Source: the human T2T-CHM13v2.0 reference genome, Homo sapiens
Reading direction: 5' to 3' (one strand)
NCBI RefSeq assembly: GCF_009914755.1
Contig: NC_060926.1
Length of the DNA: 64,000 nucleotides
A program made the translations under genes and the position numbers. A model generated the notes under the pieces. That model saw only the letters and a program-made list of their open reading frames with translations. It was not told where the DNA came from and did not search any database. Shown one piece after another: positions 1 to 15,099 of the stretch. How positions within the stretch are numbered: position 1 is the first letter of the stretch; the number at the start of each line of letters is the position of its first letter.

Positions 1-2004
1 AGGAGTTATAATAGATTTATAAATCTTTAGGCTTTACTGGTATTTGCTTTCTGTGAACAGGAAATCTAGGGAGCTAACTGCCCCCCTGCAATATGAAAGG
101 CACATGTTCCCCAAATGTGACTTTGGGGGCTCTCTGGGGTTTAATAACAAACACTTGCTTGGTTTTTGGGACTGGTGTTTCTTCAACTCACCCATGCATG
201 GGAACCGTCTGAAGAGATTGTGTAAACGCAGATTCTACTTCAGTAGGGCTGTCGTGGGGCCTGGAACTCTGCATTTCTAACACAATTCCACATAGTGCTG
301 ATGGTACTGGTCCAGGGAACACACTTGGAGTAGCAGGATCTGCAGCCAAATAAATACAACCCAGTCTCCAAACTAGAGCGGACAGGCCCCCAGGAGGCTG
401 TTTCCATGGGCCCTGGGTTTTGCTAGCCTTCCCGTCCCACTTATACACACTTACATTTGCAGAGGAGAAATGGTGAACACCTGACAACATTTGTTTAATT
501 TTTATCGTTGTGGGGCCTTTTGGGAGGGAGGAAGAAGAGTATCTCAGCCAACCACCAACTCCCACCCCCTAAACCATCAAGATTGCTAGCGTTGTGCTTG
601 TAGTTTTCCAAAAATGTACATGAACATAGCTGATCCACCCACTTTGGTGGATAACCTTGCCAATAACAGAGGCAGCTCAGCCAGGAGTGAGTGATTGGTC
701 CAGAATAAACCCACCCAGGTGGCAGTCAGTTCTTCACTGCCCTGTTTAGACCTGGCCTGAGGATTGACATTTCCTTTAACTGTCTCAAATGAGAGCTATC
801 CTGGGCTTCTTCCAGCAACCCGTGCCTCCTCCCAGACTCTGCAATCCTGTGGGTGCTCCATAAATACTTGTTGACTGACTTGACTCATTCCCTTGGGGAG
901 GGAAAAAAAAAAACAGGAGGAAGTAGGGAAAGGGGGAGTGAACTTGGTTTTCCGTCTCTCGTAAGTATCATAAGGAAATACCTAGCCTAATGTCTGTTGG
1001 CAGACTATGACTGTTTGCATTCTACAAAGTAGCATTTGAAATTTTAGTTTTTGCTTTTCACTAGTTGCAGTTTTTCTCTGTGTGCTGAATGCAGAAAGTA
1101 GTTCCCTTTGGAATTTCCATCTGGGAACCCAGCAGGAGAACCAGCTGCTGCCACTGCCGCTACTGCTAAGGAAAAAGTGGTCCCTCGCTGGCCTGTGCTG
1201 GTGTGGGCCCCGATTCTCGTGCAGTTACCCTTGCATGGGTGAGCAGAGTCCTGGGTATTTGCTCTGGCGACACCAGTTTTTGATTGTTTACAGGCTGGGT
1301 TTTCCCTAGTTGTTCAGCTGTGAGAATCTGAGGATATGTTTGTTCTTTCCTAATTGCATCCTGTGCCTCTTTCCTTTTTTTCCCTCCAGAAGTGGAAGGC
1401 ATTTTTCTGCCTTGATAAAGTGTACCAGGCCAAGGGGCCTGTTGTACTCCAAAACCCCTCTTCTCAAGGTGACCCCAGTTGCCACTCACCTGCTTTTCTG
1501 GGGGTCTGCGGAACCTTCCTCACAGCCTGCACAACTGTCTCCCTTAAGAACCCTTCCTGGTACAAAGCCTCCATAAAACTCATTTGCTCTTGAGTCTTAG
1601 TTCTGGTGGAACATATCCCTGAGTTTTTGCACACTGGGCCTCCATCCAGGCCTTTTCCTGGGAGAGTAGAAAACCCATGGGCTCTGTGGGGTGGGGAAAA
1701 GCCCTCAGTTCTGGGTCTGGAAGCATCATCAGTTGCAGCCATGAGCAAGGTTTTGCCATTCTGTGCCTCAGTTTCCTCATCTGTGAAAAGGTGATAACAT
1801 TATTTCTTTATCCCACTATGTTGTTCTGAGGATTAAGTGAGTTTGCAGTGTAAAGACATAGACAAAGACATAGGGACAGAGAAAGGTAACATTTGTTATT
1901 GTTGTTTTTCTGTAGCATTTGTGTCTAATGCAGTGGACTGTGTGCCCAATAAATGAGTCCTTTAAATTAATGATAGAAAGAGAAGTGGGGAAATGGGTTA
2001 TAAG

Positions 2005-2195
2005 CAGTGATGTACTGGTAAATATTTAACAGTCAGCTCCTGGTGGGGAGGATTGTGCTCTGATTAGTGTTTGCCAATTTCCATGATGTAAATACTCTCC
2101 CTGTGGCTGATTTCAAGCTACCAACGTGACATCACTGAACACTGAGTTTGAAGGAGATGCCAGTACACCAGTGCCAGCTGCTCTGGTCCACTACT
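2005..2195 (-). mobile_element. MER63-like hAT DNA transposon
   Basis: CAGTGATGTACTGGTAAATATTTAAC terminus and TTTCAAGCTACCAACGTGACATCACTGAAC core resemble the recalled MER63 consensus. Confidence 0.65.
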
Positions 2196-2326
2196 GGAAG
2201 GCATCTGCAATAGACCAAAGCCATAAGGCACCCATCACCCCTGGCCTTCTCACCTTGCCACACACAGGAATTGGTAACTGGGCCTTTTAAAAAAGCACTC
2301 GGTAATATATTAAATATTAAACATAG

Positions 2327-2639
<313 letters not shown>

Positions 2640-3695
2640 GAAAAATGAGATTTTTAATAAGCCTGGCTAGCTTTGTATTACACTATTTTGTGTTTCGTGT
2701 ATGTTAAAAGCTCCCAAGTTGTGCCGTCCCCTGCAAAGAAAGCCCTGAATGCACAGAATTAGGCACATCTTGAGGACAGATAACCTTTGAGAGACCTTTC
2801 AGAGCCACTAAAGAAAGGCAAAGGAGAAACTGTAGTCTCGGAGAATGCTTAGTGTTCAGACTGAGCAGCAAAAAGGTGTTAAATAAGTAATTAACAGCTG
2901 GATTCTAAATAGCAGCTAAGAGTTAGAGGCCTGAGAACATGGCCTGAGGCCACCAGAAGGTGGGAGAGAGATAAACCAGCCTATATTTAGGAGTTAAACA
3001 GATGGCAGGATCAGGGCCCTACTTTGTATTTAGGAGGTTTGTGTGGTTTGTTTACTTGGGTTTTGTTTTTTGCTGTAACTAATTTAACAATTTAGGAGTG
3101 GAAAGAAAAATTAACCAATTTATCTTGCTGTCTGAATAATGTTTTGCAATAACCAAGAATAGGTCAGTGGACCAAGTGGGTAGGTCACTGCCCTGCTTAA
3201 TGACCCATATCCGGATATTATTATGTCTAAATGATAATCAGCACTCATTTCTATGCACACAAAGAGAAGCTTGTGAGGAAGAAATAAAAAGCCTTTGCCT
3301 TTATTGTGTACAGTATATAGTGTAAACAGTAGGGGTCTAATACATGTTTGTTTCCATAAAGGCTTTTTCTAGCAGCTGTGATCAGCAAGGGGAAAGGACC
3401 TGCCTAAAGTCATCACACTGCTAATTGGGGTCGAGTTAGAACCCAAGTCTCTGGGCCCCGCTTGAGGCTGTTTACCTCTTCAGGACAGAAGGGACCAGCT
3501 GGATATAAGAGCTGAAGGAGAGAGACCAGACCAGAGCATCTATTCAGGTCACTCTTGTAAATCGCCGCTTTTTGATAGTTCCCTGTGACTGGCATCTGAT
3601 TGAGAAAATGTGACAAGAAGCTACCTACTGCTTGCCCCTTAAACTAGCTGACAGTTTCCCATTCAAATTCCGATTGCAATTCAGAGACACTCTAG

Positions 3696-3982
3696 GCTAG
3701 GTGCAGTGGCTCACGCCTGTAATCCCAGTATTTTGGGAGGCGGAAGCAGGCAGATCATTTGAGTCTCAGGAGTCTGAGACCAGCCTGGGCAACACAGCAA
3801 AACCCCATCACTACAAACGATACAAAAAATTAGCCAGGCGTGGTGGCACGTACCTGTAATCCTAGCCACTTGGGAGGCTGAGGTGGGAGGATCACTTGAA
3901 CCCAGGAGGTCGAGACTTCAGTGAGCTGTGATTGCGCCACTGCACTCCAGCCTGGGTAACAGAGTAAGATCCTCTCTCAAAA
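3696..3982 (+). mobile_element. Alu (J-like)
   Basis: Full dimer, CA-rich tail. Confidence 0.88.
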
Positions 3983-4357
3983 CACACACACTCACACTCC
4001 AGATGCTTCTCTGCTGCTGTGTGTGCATTGGGTGGTACAGTGACAAGAGGGCTGGGGGAGGCAGGTATCACAGAAAGGACTCTGAGGGAAGTGAGTGGTG
4101 CACCCAGGGAAACTGAGGCTATGGGTGGTCCTCCCACATCCTCCCCACAGGCTAGCTGATGCCTCTGGCCTCTCAGTTGTTTTCATCTAAGGAAACTTAT
4201 TTTGAAGCCATATTCATGGCAGCTGTAGTCCTGAGCATTCGCAGGACTTGTAGATAATTCACCTACGTGGTCTCGGGCAGTTATACCCTGTGATAATTTA
4301 TAGCCACCCGTTCAGGCAGACAATTCCACATGAGCATTTGCTATCACTCTACTACCC

Positions 4358-4397
4358 TGACCCAAGCCTCGGTGTGACCCAAGCCTCGGTGTGACCC
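4358..4397. repeat. 17-bp perfect tandem duplication (TGACCCAAGCCTCGGTG x2.3)
   Basis: Read directly from the sequence. Confidence 0.9.
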
Positions 4398-7300
4398 CTC
4401 TGCATGGCCTCTCCAAAAGAGATCCCTTCCCTGGGAGTTTGGGGAGCCTCTGACTCCCAGGAGAGTAGCAAAGCCAAGAAGGGGGAAATAAAAGACCACA
4501 AAAGAGCGGTGTGTTTTGAAGGAATGAATGTTTTCTACAGCCCATTTCCAAAGAACAGTCTAGAAATGCTTGCACACAAACAGTGTCATCAGAGTAGAGT
4601 AAGTGTGTGGTTTCCAAGCAGCCCCTACCACAAGCTCCCCGAGGCCTGTGCCTGCCAGGGAGCCCAACCTCAGCACCTAGTATCCAGCTCCCCAGGGAAA
4701 CTGTTCTGAGCATTAGTCCTCCCTTCTCTGAGCCCAGAACGGCAGGCTGCAACTTCTAGGGTTGAATGGATGGCAGCTCAAGGAAACAGAACGGCTTTCT
4801 GGTTTTAAAACCTCAGAAAACCTAAAAACTTGATCTCTATTGCTTTACTTTAGGAAATTTTAGGCCCTTTCTCAGACGGCCTAAAATGAGACCTTCGCCA
4901 CTCCCAACCAAAGCATGTCATGACATGGAAGAAGGTGGTCCCTGGCCTAATGACCCATTTCTGTAAAAATGAGGTAGGATGTGTAAACAGTGCAATAAGA
5001 CTATGGAACAACAGACCGTGAGCCAGTGTCACCTTAAATGTAAACGTTAGAGATCTAGGCTTCTGAAGAAATGTTGGAAAGCCTATTAAACCACATAGGT
5101 TTGGGATTTTTCATTGTGTAGCAGACATATGGCTTAGTGTTTGATTTAAAAAATAGGAAGTTGGTGGCCATTTTCATGAATAGTTTGACAGCCAGTCAGA
5201 AGTGTAATTGTCGTTTTACCTAAACGCAACTGCTGTTGTTCGTAAGGTCAGAAACCTGCTCACAGGGGCGGGGGCGGGGAGGTCTGGTCTGTTGGCTGTT
5301 TGACCCATTTGGTTACGACCTCCATGCTTTGTCCTGAGTAGGCTGGTTCATGCTGGCAAGTCAATGCAGAAATATTGATCAGGTTCCTACTAATTGCAAG
5401 GATTGGGTTGAACGTTGCAGTAGGTAAGTAAAAGATGAGTGAGGCCATGACCTTATATAGGAACTGTCTGTTTCCTGGTCCACCAGAGCAACAACGCAAG
5501 TAGTGGAACTGATCTCAAGGCAGGGAAAGGTTAGTGTCACAACAGAAGAACAGTGAGCTTTGGAGCCTCAAAGAAAGAGGGGCCATCTCCCTGTCCTGAA
5601 AAGAAATCTTCCTCCTTTTTACTACCATCGTAAGAGTTTACCTACTCCAGGCCCTGTGCATGCTAAGCGTTCACTCAGTTAAACCACCACACAATCTTAG
5701 GAACTGGATTATACTAATACCTTTTCAACATGTGGGAGCTGAGGCTCAGAAAGATTAACTTTAGATCAAGGTAACAACTGGTAAGGGGTACAGTCAGGAT
5801 TCAGTCCTAGCTCAGCCAGACCCCACTGTCATGTGTGACCTTGCAGTGGGGCAGGGAGTGGCAGCAGGAGACTGAGTGGGAGCCCTTGGGTCTTTGGGAT
5901 GGTTTCACCTTTGGAAGATCCAGGCCCCTCTTGCCATGAGAGCCCCATGAAGGGCTCATGGCCTGGAGCGGGTGGGAGGGCAGGAAGCCCAGCTGGGCAC
6001 GGGGCAGCTGGAGGAGTGCCTTATTTGAGGCTGCTCTCGCATCATCTCATTAGGGATAATCATTTGTAGACTTGCTGCCACTGCAAACCATCAGCCCCGC
6101 TCAAATTTTCCCTGCAGCAGTGATGATGAAGTGATTCCTTAGCAGAACTGCTGGGTAACACAATTAATTCAGACTTGGGGTGGATGTTAGTGTGAATTAG
6201 GGGGTCTTCTGAATTATAAAACCTTTCAAAAGGAGCACAGGTTTATTGCTTCTGAACTTCACCAGGAATTGAAGCCAGACTGGCAAGGGGGCTCCCTGGA
6301 CGAAATCCTCTGTGTGTCCCTTGTAGGTCAGTGGTGCTTTTTCCTGCATTGGGGGGGCTTGAAGGTTGTTTCATAGCCATTTAGATATTCCCCTTGGAGT
6401 CTTGCTTGCAATTAATCTGTACTGTCTGTAAAAAGGGTTTGCCTAGCAAAGGTAAACTCCAGCACCCCGATCCACATTAATGAGTTTTGCCTGTGTAAAC
6501 CACGTTAATTGTGGTTGTTGCTTTTTAATTGTCCTTAAGTTTCTTGTATGTTAACTGCTCCAGGCTAGAACTCTGGTTTCTGTTTCCGTTGGGGGCTCTA
6601 TTCTCACTCCTACCCAAATAGCCTCGCCAATCTGCACTGAGATCTGCTCCCCTGCCCCCACCCTGTCTGGCATTAGTACTAAGAAGAGAATGAAGCTCAG
6701 AAAAACAGCCTCACTGGCCTAGATGAGGAGGCACAGGTATGTGGGGAAAACACGAGTGGAAGCCACAAGGTCTTCTGAGGGTCTGGAACTACCAGGTCAA
6801 GAGAAGAAAGACTTCAGATTGTCACTGTTGGATGTCTTAATATGAGGAAGGACTCAAACAGAGCTGTCCGCAGCTGCAACTGGCTGTCTTGAGAGGTGGT
6901 GACCTTTCTCGAGAAGGGTGGAAACTGTAGCCAGACAACTACTTGGTGAAGCAGCATACAGAGAGATCGCCCTTCTGATGATGCGCCCAGTCTGAGGCCT
7001 CACTGAGATGGCCTCAAGAGTGTGTCTTGAGCTGGTTAGAAACTTACCATCCTGGGCCCCACGACACACCTCTTGACCCAGACTGCATCTTAACAGGATC
7101 CTCAGCTAATGCATGCGATTGTTCACTTCCAGGGCCTCTGGTTCAGGACCAGGGTGCATGAGCATCACCTGGAGGAGATTTTTAATACAAATGCAGGGGC
7201 TGAGCTGCTGGCCTAGGACATAGAAGGACCATTCCCATACCTCACAGTCCAGCTGTCTCCCCATTCCCTCCCCCCTACATGCTGTTGTGTTTCCAAGTTC

Positions 7301-8606
7301 ATGCCTGTGTGCACACCTGCACACAAGGGAATAGGAAAATGGCTTTGATGTATGGAATCATGTCTACAAGCTGCTTCAGTCAGGGGCCCTTCTTGCTGAG
7401 AGACCAGGCAGCTTTCCCAGGGAGCCCCAGGGCAGGGGCCTGAGGCACCTGCTTCCTGTTCTGTCCCCTGAGAGCTCCGCTTTGCCGGGAGAAAGGAGAA
7501 GCCTAAACAGGGTGGGCTGGGTCTGCGAGGCCTGCCTAAGGCTGCCCTCTGCCTTCCCAGCCCTTCAGTCCCTGATCCTTTCGGGCCCCTCCTAGGCCAG
7601 AATGTCCCAGATTAGATGGGGTGGGGAGGATGTCTTCTGGTTGCTGTAGGCCTGCATTAGGGGAGTATCCTCTCTGGTCCCACGTGGGGCAGGTGCCCAG
7701 AGCCAGGAATGAGCCGCCTGTGGTGATTCCTGTGTGTCTGGAGTCCAGGAGTCCCTTGCACTGTTGGCCAGTGGTCACTGTGCAGTGATTGACTGGGCTC
7801 AGTGTCTGTAGCTTTTGTCTGAGCCCCTTGCACCCCTCCCCGGGGATGATTGTCTGAGTTGGTGGATGTTAATCTGCAGCCCCTGAGAAGCTGCCTGGCA
7901 AATGGGAGGTTAATGTGCAAACAGCGGGGAGCATTGTCCATGTGTGAGGCTGGACAGCAAGTGGGAGGGAAATAGTTAAAAATCCTATTCATGGCTCAGG
8001 AGGGGAGGAGGGGTGGGCGCAGGAGCAGGCCCGGCCTTGTGCTAATCTTGCTGGAATGTAACTAGTTCGGGCAGTTTCTGGCTTCGATGTGCTTTGGGGC
8101 CGGTTGGCGTCCCCCCCGCCCCAACCCAGTTCATCGATGGTGCGTCCGCGCGCCGAAGGCTGCTCTTTGTGTTCTCTGCAGCCACAGCTTAGAAGCGTCC
8201 GAGTCAGACCGCTTTCAGTTGTAAGGATGGGGAGGGAGGAAGCTCAGCGAGGCAGTTGTGTTATCCAAATCCACAGGCTCTTTCTCTGTTGGAGGATTTG
8301 GGTGGGGGAAGGGAATGGGCAGAAGAGAATGTTCAAGGAGAAAGACCCTAAACCTGTTGGGTCAGGCTGCTCAGCTGCCTAGAGGCCTGGGAATGCCTAG
8401 GGGGAAGCCCCTGCTTCCGGACACACAATCAATTACATATAACAGTGGGGCCTTGTGTGTGTAGGCGGGACACTGGGAGGGGTCTGCTCACAGCTCATGT
8501 TTTAATGCTTTACAAGGAGAGTGTGTTCATGCATTGCTTCTGCAACTTATAATCAATTTAAAACATTCTACATCTTGATCTAGGCTGGTGGTTACATTGA
8601 TATTTA

Positions 8607-9120
<514 letters not shown>

Positions 9121-12100
9121 AGATTCATTGAGCCGCACACGAGATTTGTGTACTTGCTTATGTATACATATTACACCTTAGTTTTAAATATTTTAAATTA
9201 ATTTAAAAAAAGAAAAATCCCTCCTTCCTGACCTACCAAGGCCTTGGCTGTCCAGCACAGCTGCAGGGAGGAAGAACAGGTTCCCCGGCTTAGCTCCAGG
9301 GCATCCTCGGACTGCCCACTGGAGTGGGCGCTGAGCTCCCACACCGCTGTTTGGAAACAGAATGAAGTTGCACAGCAGCCAGATTCTGGGGCTTCCCCAC
9401 CCAAGTTTGCCACTTTGCTCATGGGATTTGAAGAAAGCATCAAAGGCAGCAGCTTTAGAAAATAGCTCCAAGGGCCCCCCTTGGAGTGAGGTCACCTTCT
9501 CAGCTCACAGAGGGCTGTGGTGCCAGCTGCTGGCCACACATGCCCACGGGGCTGCTCTGGCCCTGCCTGACCCTGACTGGCTTCCCCTTGCATCCCCTGA
9601 GGAGCCCACGCCCACTGCACAGCATACCCACCAGGTGCTGCTGCCCTCCTGAACTCTGTGGGACACACTGCTGCCCACGTGGGGACTGCCCCGGAATCAG
9701 GACCCTGGATTTCTCCTCTGCTACCTGCCCCCTCCCGCCATGTAGTGAGGGTTCCACATTATGAATGTCATGGTTCCTTCCGGCTCTTGATTTTCCATGA
9801 TTCGGGATCAGGAAATGATTTTCCTCTGAGTATTTTTAGGCCATGAGACTCAGTATAACAGTCAAATCCTGGCTCCACAACCCCTAGCTGTGTGGCCTTG
9901 GATAAATTAAAATCTCTCTAATCTTAGTTTCCTCATATGTGAAATGGGAATAACAACAATACTAAACTCAGTAGGGCTGATGAGGATTAAGTGGAAACCA
10001 GACTAATGTTGTATTCATTATCTGGGATAAAGGTTAGCCTGTATCATCATAATCAAAACCACACGACACAGTGTGCCTCACAGTCCAGTGAGCCAAATCC
10101 TTGCCTGTGCACACTGTACCCTTAGACCTGAGCAGGGGGGGCCTGCATTGGACCCTACTTTGGAGGGCCCTGCTCTGACCACCCTGACCACTTCCTTCCT
10201 GACCAGGCCAGGAATCCACGGAGCTGAGGATCCAAAGAATGGGATCCTGAGGCTTGAGAGCCTGCCTGACTCTTCCCTGGACGTGCACCAAGCCACTGGT
10301 GTGCACACCTATAGGTTGAGATAGGGGGCTCGCGTTTGCCTGGGGCTGAGCTTTGATGGGGGTGCTGAGATGTCTGGGATGTTTCCATGTGTGGTCCCAA
10401 GACCTCATAGGACAAGATGGAACTGGGAATGGTGGGGGTGCCAGATCAGGCTCTCTTACCACCACCGCATTCTGGTACAGAACCCAGGAGTCTGGGAATT
10501 CTAAATTCGAGCCTGGCCTTTTCGTAGCATTCATATTTGTCAAGGGAGGAGGAGAGAATGTATTTAACAGTTTGTCAGCTTGAGTTATAACTTTTACATG
10601 TGTAAGCGTATGGGCTTGCATCTATGTTCTTGTCCCAAACCCTGCAGATATTGGGGTTGGGGGGGCTGTCTGCATGCCCTTCCTTCCCCAGTGGGTAACC
10701 ATCACTGACCCCTGAGACTTAAGACAAATTGTAGCCATGCCCGCCTCCGAAGGCGTCTTTAGGAAAACAGTGTCGTAGGTCCTTTCAGTTCAAAACCCTT
10801 GCTTATTTATTAACATGAATACGTTGGTTCTAGAATAGAGCCTTGCCCTGTGGAAATTGCCATCTGTACTCTTCGAGGTCTACCTCAGATCCCACCTCTT
10901 GGCCTAACTCTGTAATACCCCCACACTCGGTGACACCCCCACTCTATGACATTTACCATTTGGGACAGAAGCCCTGTCCTCCCTACCTATAGCTGAGGCC
11001 ACCTCCCAAGACACATTGTCATTCTGTCCCCCACAGCACCACACACAGTGGCTGCGCATGGTGGATGCACAGTGAGTATTTGTGGAATGAGCGGCCGAGC
11101 CGCTGCAGACTGATGAGTGTTCTGGGGCCTGTGTTGGTTTTCTAAAACTGCTCTGTCAGTAAGCGCCCCGCCAATCCCCGTGTAAACATATTCAGATCCT
11201 AAAGAAGATCAGGCAGCCACCCTTTAAAAAGCCCGATAAACCCAACCTTCATTTGTATTATCTTTGGGCAGGGTTTGCTTGGGAATTCGTATCTGTAGGA
11301 AATCTTAGTGCTCGCTGCTGGGAGGCAAATTGTTCGCATTCATTTGTTCTTTCAGTGGTTTGGCCCTATAAAGCAGAGGGCTGGCCTGAGGGAAAATTGT
11401 GAAAGAATCTGAGTTTGTCTTTGGGGTAGAAATTAAACAGCTTCTCTAGGCCTTGCCCTCAAACTTCAGCCCTGTTTACTATTGAAGATTGTGTGTCTCA
11501 AGGGGTAAAGAGAGCCGTGGGATAATGGAGACTGAAAAAATGTTGCGATTTAGCCATTTTGTTTTCTTTTTTCCTTGGAGAATAATCTTTTGGGAAAAAC
11601 TTGGATAGAGACCCTTTGAGCCATACAATTTTTTAAAGTTGAATTCAAGCCTCTAGTCATGGCTTGATTCATTTTTTTCTGAACAATGAACAAAGAAATG
11701 CTGGTAGAGAGCCTTGAAATGCGGGGATGTTGAATGAGGAAAGGAAAAAGGAGGGCCGTGAGTGTTCCTGAGCACTGGCTGGACCCTGCAGAAGCTTCCG
11801 ATCATTCTGGAGGTCTCCAGAACTTGGTGGCTGGGACACCAGATACTGTGCATATGTGAGGGGAGGGCCTCTGAGAACTCCCAAGAGGCCCCCAGCAGCC
11901 TCCCCCACAACTGACCTTTCACAGTTGGCACTAAACTGCAGGCTTATCTCCTTTCTCCATTTCCAGGACTGCAAATTGCAGCACCTGGAACTAAGACATC
12001 CCTGGAGGGCAGGCCTTCCAAACTCGCCCCCATTGATTAAGGCAAACACTGCTTCATCCACAATGTTACAGTAACATCAGCAAGAAGAAATGATGATCAT

Positions 12101-12259
12101 AGCTGATAGCTGTCAAGTGCTTACAGCGAACCAGATGCTTCTGGGTGCCCTTCTCTATTTAATCTTGGTATGGCAGTGTACGTTGGCAGGGGACTGGAAT
12201 TTAAGCAAAAGAAGAAATACTGATGTTTCCAATTCATCATTTAAAGAGACCTTGTACGT

Positions 12260-12560
12260 GGCCGGACGCAGTGGCTCATGTCTGTAATCCCAACATTTTG
12301 GGAGGTTGAGGCGGGCAGATTGCTTGAGCCCAGGAGTTCGAGACCAGCCTGGGCAACATAGTGAGACCTCGTCTCTACAATACAGGAAAAAAAAAATTAG
12401 CAGGGCATGGTGGTGCGTGCATGTAGTCCCAGCTACCCGGTGGGGACTGAGGTAGGAGGATTACTTGAGCCCTGGGAGGTCAAGGCTGCAGTGAGCCAAG
12501 ATCGTGCCACTGCACTCCAACCCCGGTGACAGAGTGAGACCCTATCTCAAAAAAAAAAAA
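12260..12560 (+). mobile_element. Alu (J-like) with TSD AGACCTTGTACGTG
   Basis: Alu consensus; identical flanking direct repeat. Confidence 0.9.
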
Positions 12561-13029
12561 ACAGACAAATAGACCTTGTACGTGAGGCCTGGCCATTTGT
12601 TAACCCGTGTGAAAGATGTTTCGGTGGCCATTTAATGAACATATGTTGAATAATGTGCTGTACTGTGTACCACAGATACAAAGGGGAAAAAGATACAGAA
12701 GGAAAAAAGAAAACTCAGTATCACATACTCAGCCCCTTCTGATAGAACAGGTGTGTCCAAGCAGCAACATCCTAAAATAGTTGTCCTCCACTCTGGGATG
12801 TAAAAGAAGTTCTTCTGGGATTTGGTTTTATTACAATGACTGAGAATTTGCTCTCCCTCAGTTATCATATCTACTGTGACAGGCCTTGCACACGTCCTGT
12901 GAGATCCTACCTGCCAAGAACCTGTCTGCCATTTCTCATTAGTATCTTTGTGGTTTGCAGTCACCTGTGTAGAATTTGCACATATACTCAAGTGTTATTT
13001 GTTTTCAATTACTTCCTCAATTATTGCTG

Positions 13030-13031
<2 letters not shown>

Positions 13032-13077
<46 letters not shown>
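13032..13077. repeat. (GT)n microsatellite
   Basis: ~23 perfect units. Confidence 0.95.
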
Positions 13078-13079
<2 letters not shown>

Positions 13080-13509
13080 TATTTCATAGCCAAAGCTATA
13101 AAATGTATTTCCAATAATATTAGTAGAATTTTTTCAGCCCCTAAAACCCACCATAAAAGTTAACTATAATAACAAGGCCCGTAGGCCTGTACACAAGGGC
13201 ATGGTTTCTATCGAAGTGTATTACACAGGCCAGTCCTCTGGATTCTCCACCTCCAGTGGCTGCTGTTTAAAGCAGGCATTAAAAGGAAGATCATTTTCAT
13301 GTTTGTGATTTGAAGCATGTGTGTGCTCACGAAGGATACCTCCCTGGACAATGCCTGGAAGAGGACTTTGTGAAGTGGAGACTGTACATGATTCCACCAG
13401 CAAGCATGTGTCTTGACAAAGGTTGTTAAGGACAAGAAGTTGTGCCTTAGCTGTAACCAAAACCCAGCCTAAGCAATCAGGTGAGTTGAAGTAGATGTTG
13501 TCAAAGCTA

Positions 13510-14272
<763 letters not shown>

Positions 14273-15099
14273 AGAATCAAGACACCGTCTCTTAAAAGAA
14301 AAAAAAAAAAACTAAAAAGAATAAGATGTAGGCTTAGGGCTTCCTCCCCTGAGGAATTCTTTTGGATCCCTCTGGCCTCTGACAAGCCAAGCAGAATATG
14401 GAGAAAGGAGTCTGTAGAGGCTGCTGTCAAGTCCAGGGTAAAAACACGAGCATTTCCAAGCATTTCATCAAGGACTTGTTAAAGATCCAGGTTTGAAGTC
14501 TCCAAGGAAGACTTTTTTTAAAGATGTTGCCCAAAGGAAAAGAGATCAAACCAGCAGAATGAATTCCCCATCATATACATGGGGGATACCCAGGAACTCA
14601 CAGGGTCTCTCCGGAACTCTGAAAGCAATTAGAGAACAAGCATATGGGTTGTGGTCCCTAGAGTTGGAGCCTGATGCCATCCTCCAATAAGTTCTCCAGC
14701 AGATTCCCTTTGGAAGGCTACTCATGGACCCGGGAAGAAATGACACCCAAGAGCGGGGAACTAGAGGCTAACACAGGGTACTTGCTACTGCAGTGGCTTC
14801 AGATACCCTACCCCTACCCCAAACTTGGGCCAGGCCAGTGGCTATGGAACTCCAGAAAGAAGGGCCTCAGAGAGAGAGAGGGAGAAGGAGAGAGAGTCAT
14901 CTACATCATGACAGTTGCACCTTTTCCATGTGCAACTGGGGAAAGCTGCGGTCCCTCAGCAGCCCTTTGCCTTCACTTGGGCCAATGACCAAAGGTACCC
15001 AGGGTGGTAGTCCAGTCACTGGCAAAAGCATGGCAGCCTTTTGGCAAAAGACTTGGGGGCATAAATAGTGAAACACTCAGAGAATGGAATGATTGGCTG

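Noticed and set aside
44-1794. Overlapping 60-125 aa ORFs on both strands
   Set aside because: No recognisable protein similarity, poly(A) or TSD; consistent with chance ORFs in intronic DNA
5933-5962. Small hairpin GCCATG..AGCCC/GGGCT..CATGGC
   Set aside because: Short interrupted stem, expected by chance in 64 kb
6120-6212. GTGATGA ... CTGA resembling snoRNA C and D boxes
   Set aside because: No terminal stem and no evident guide complementarity; both motifs are short
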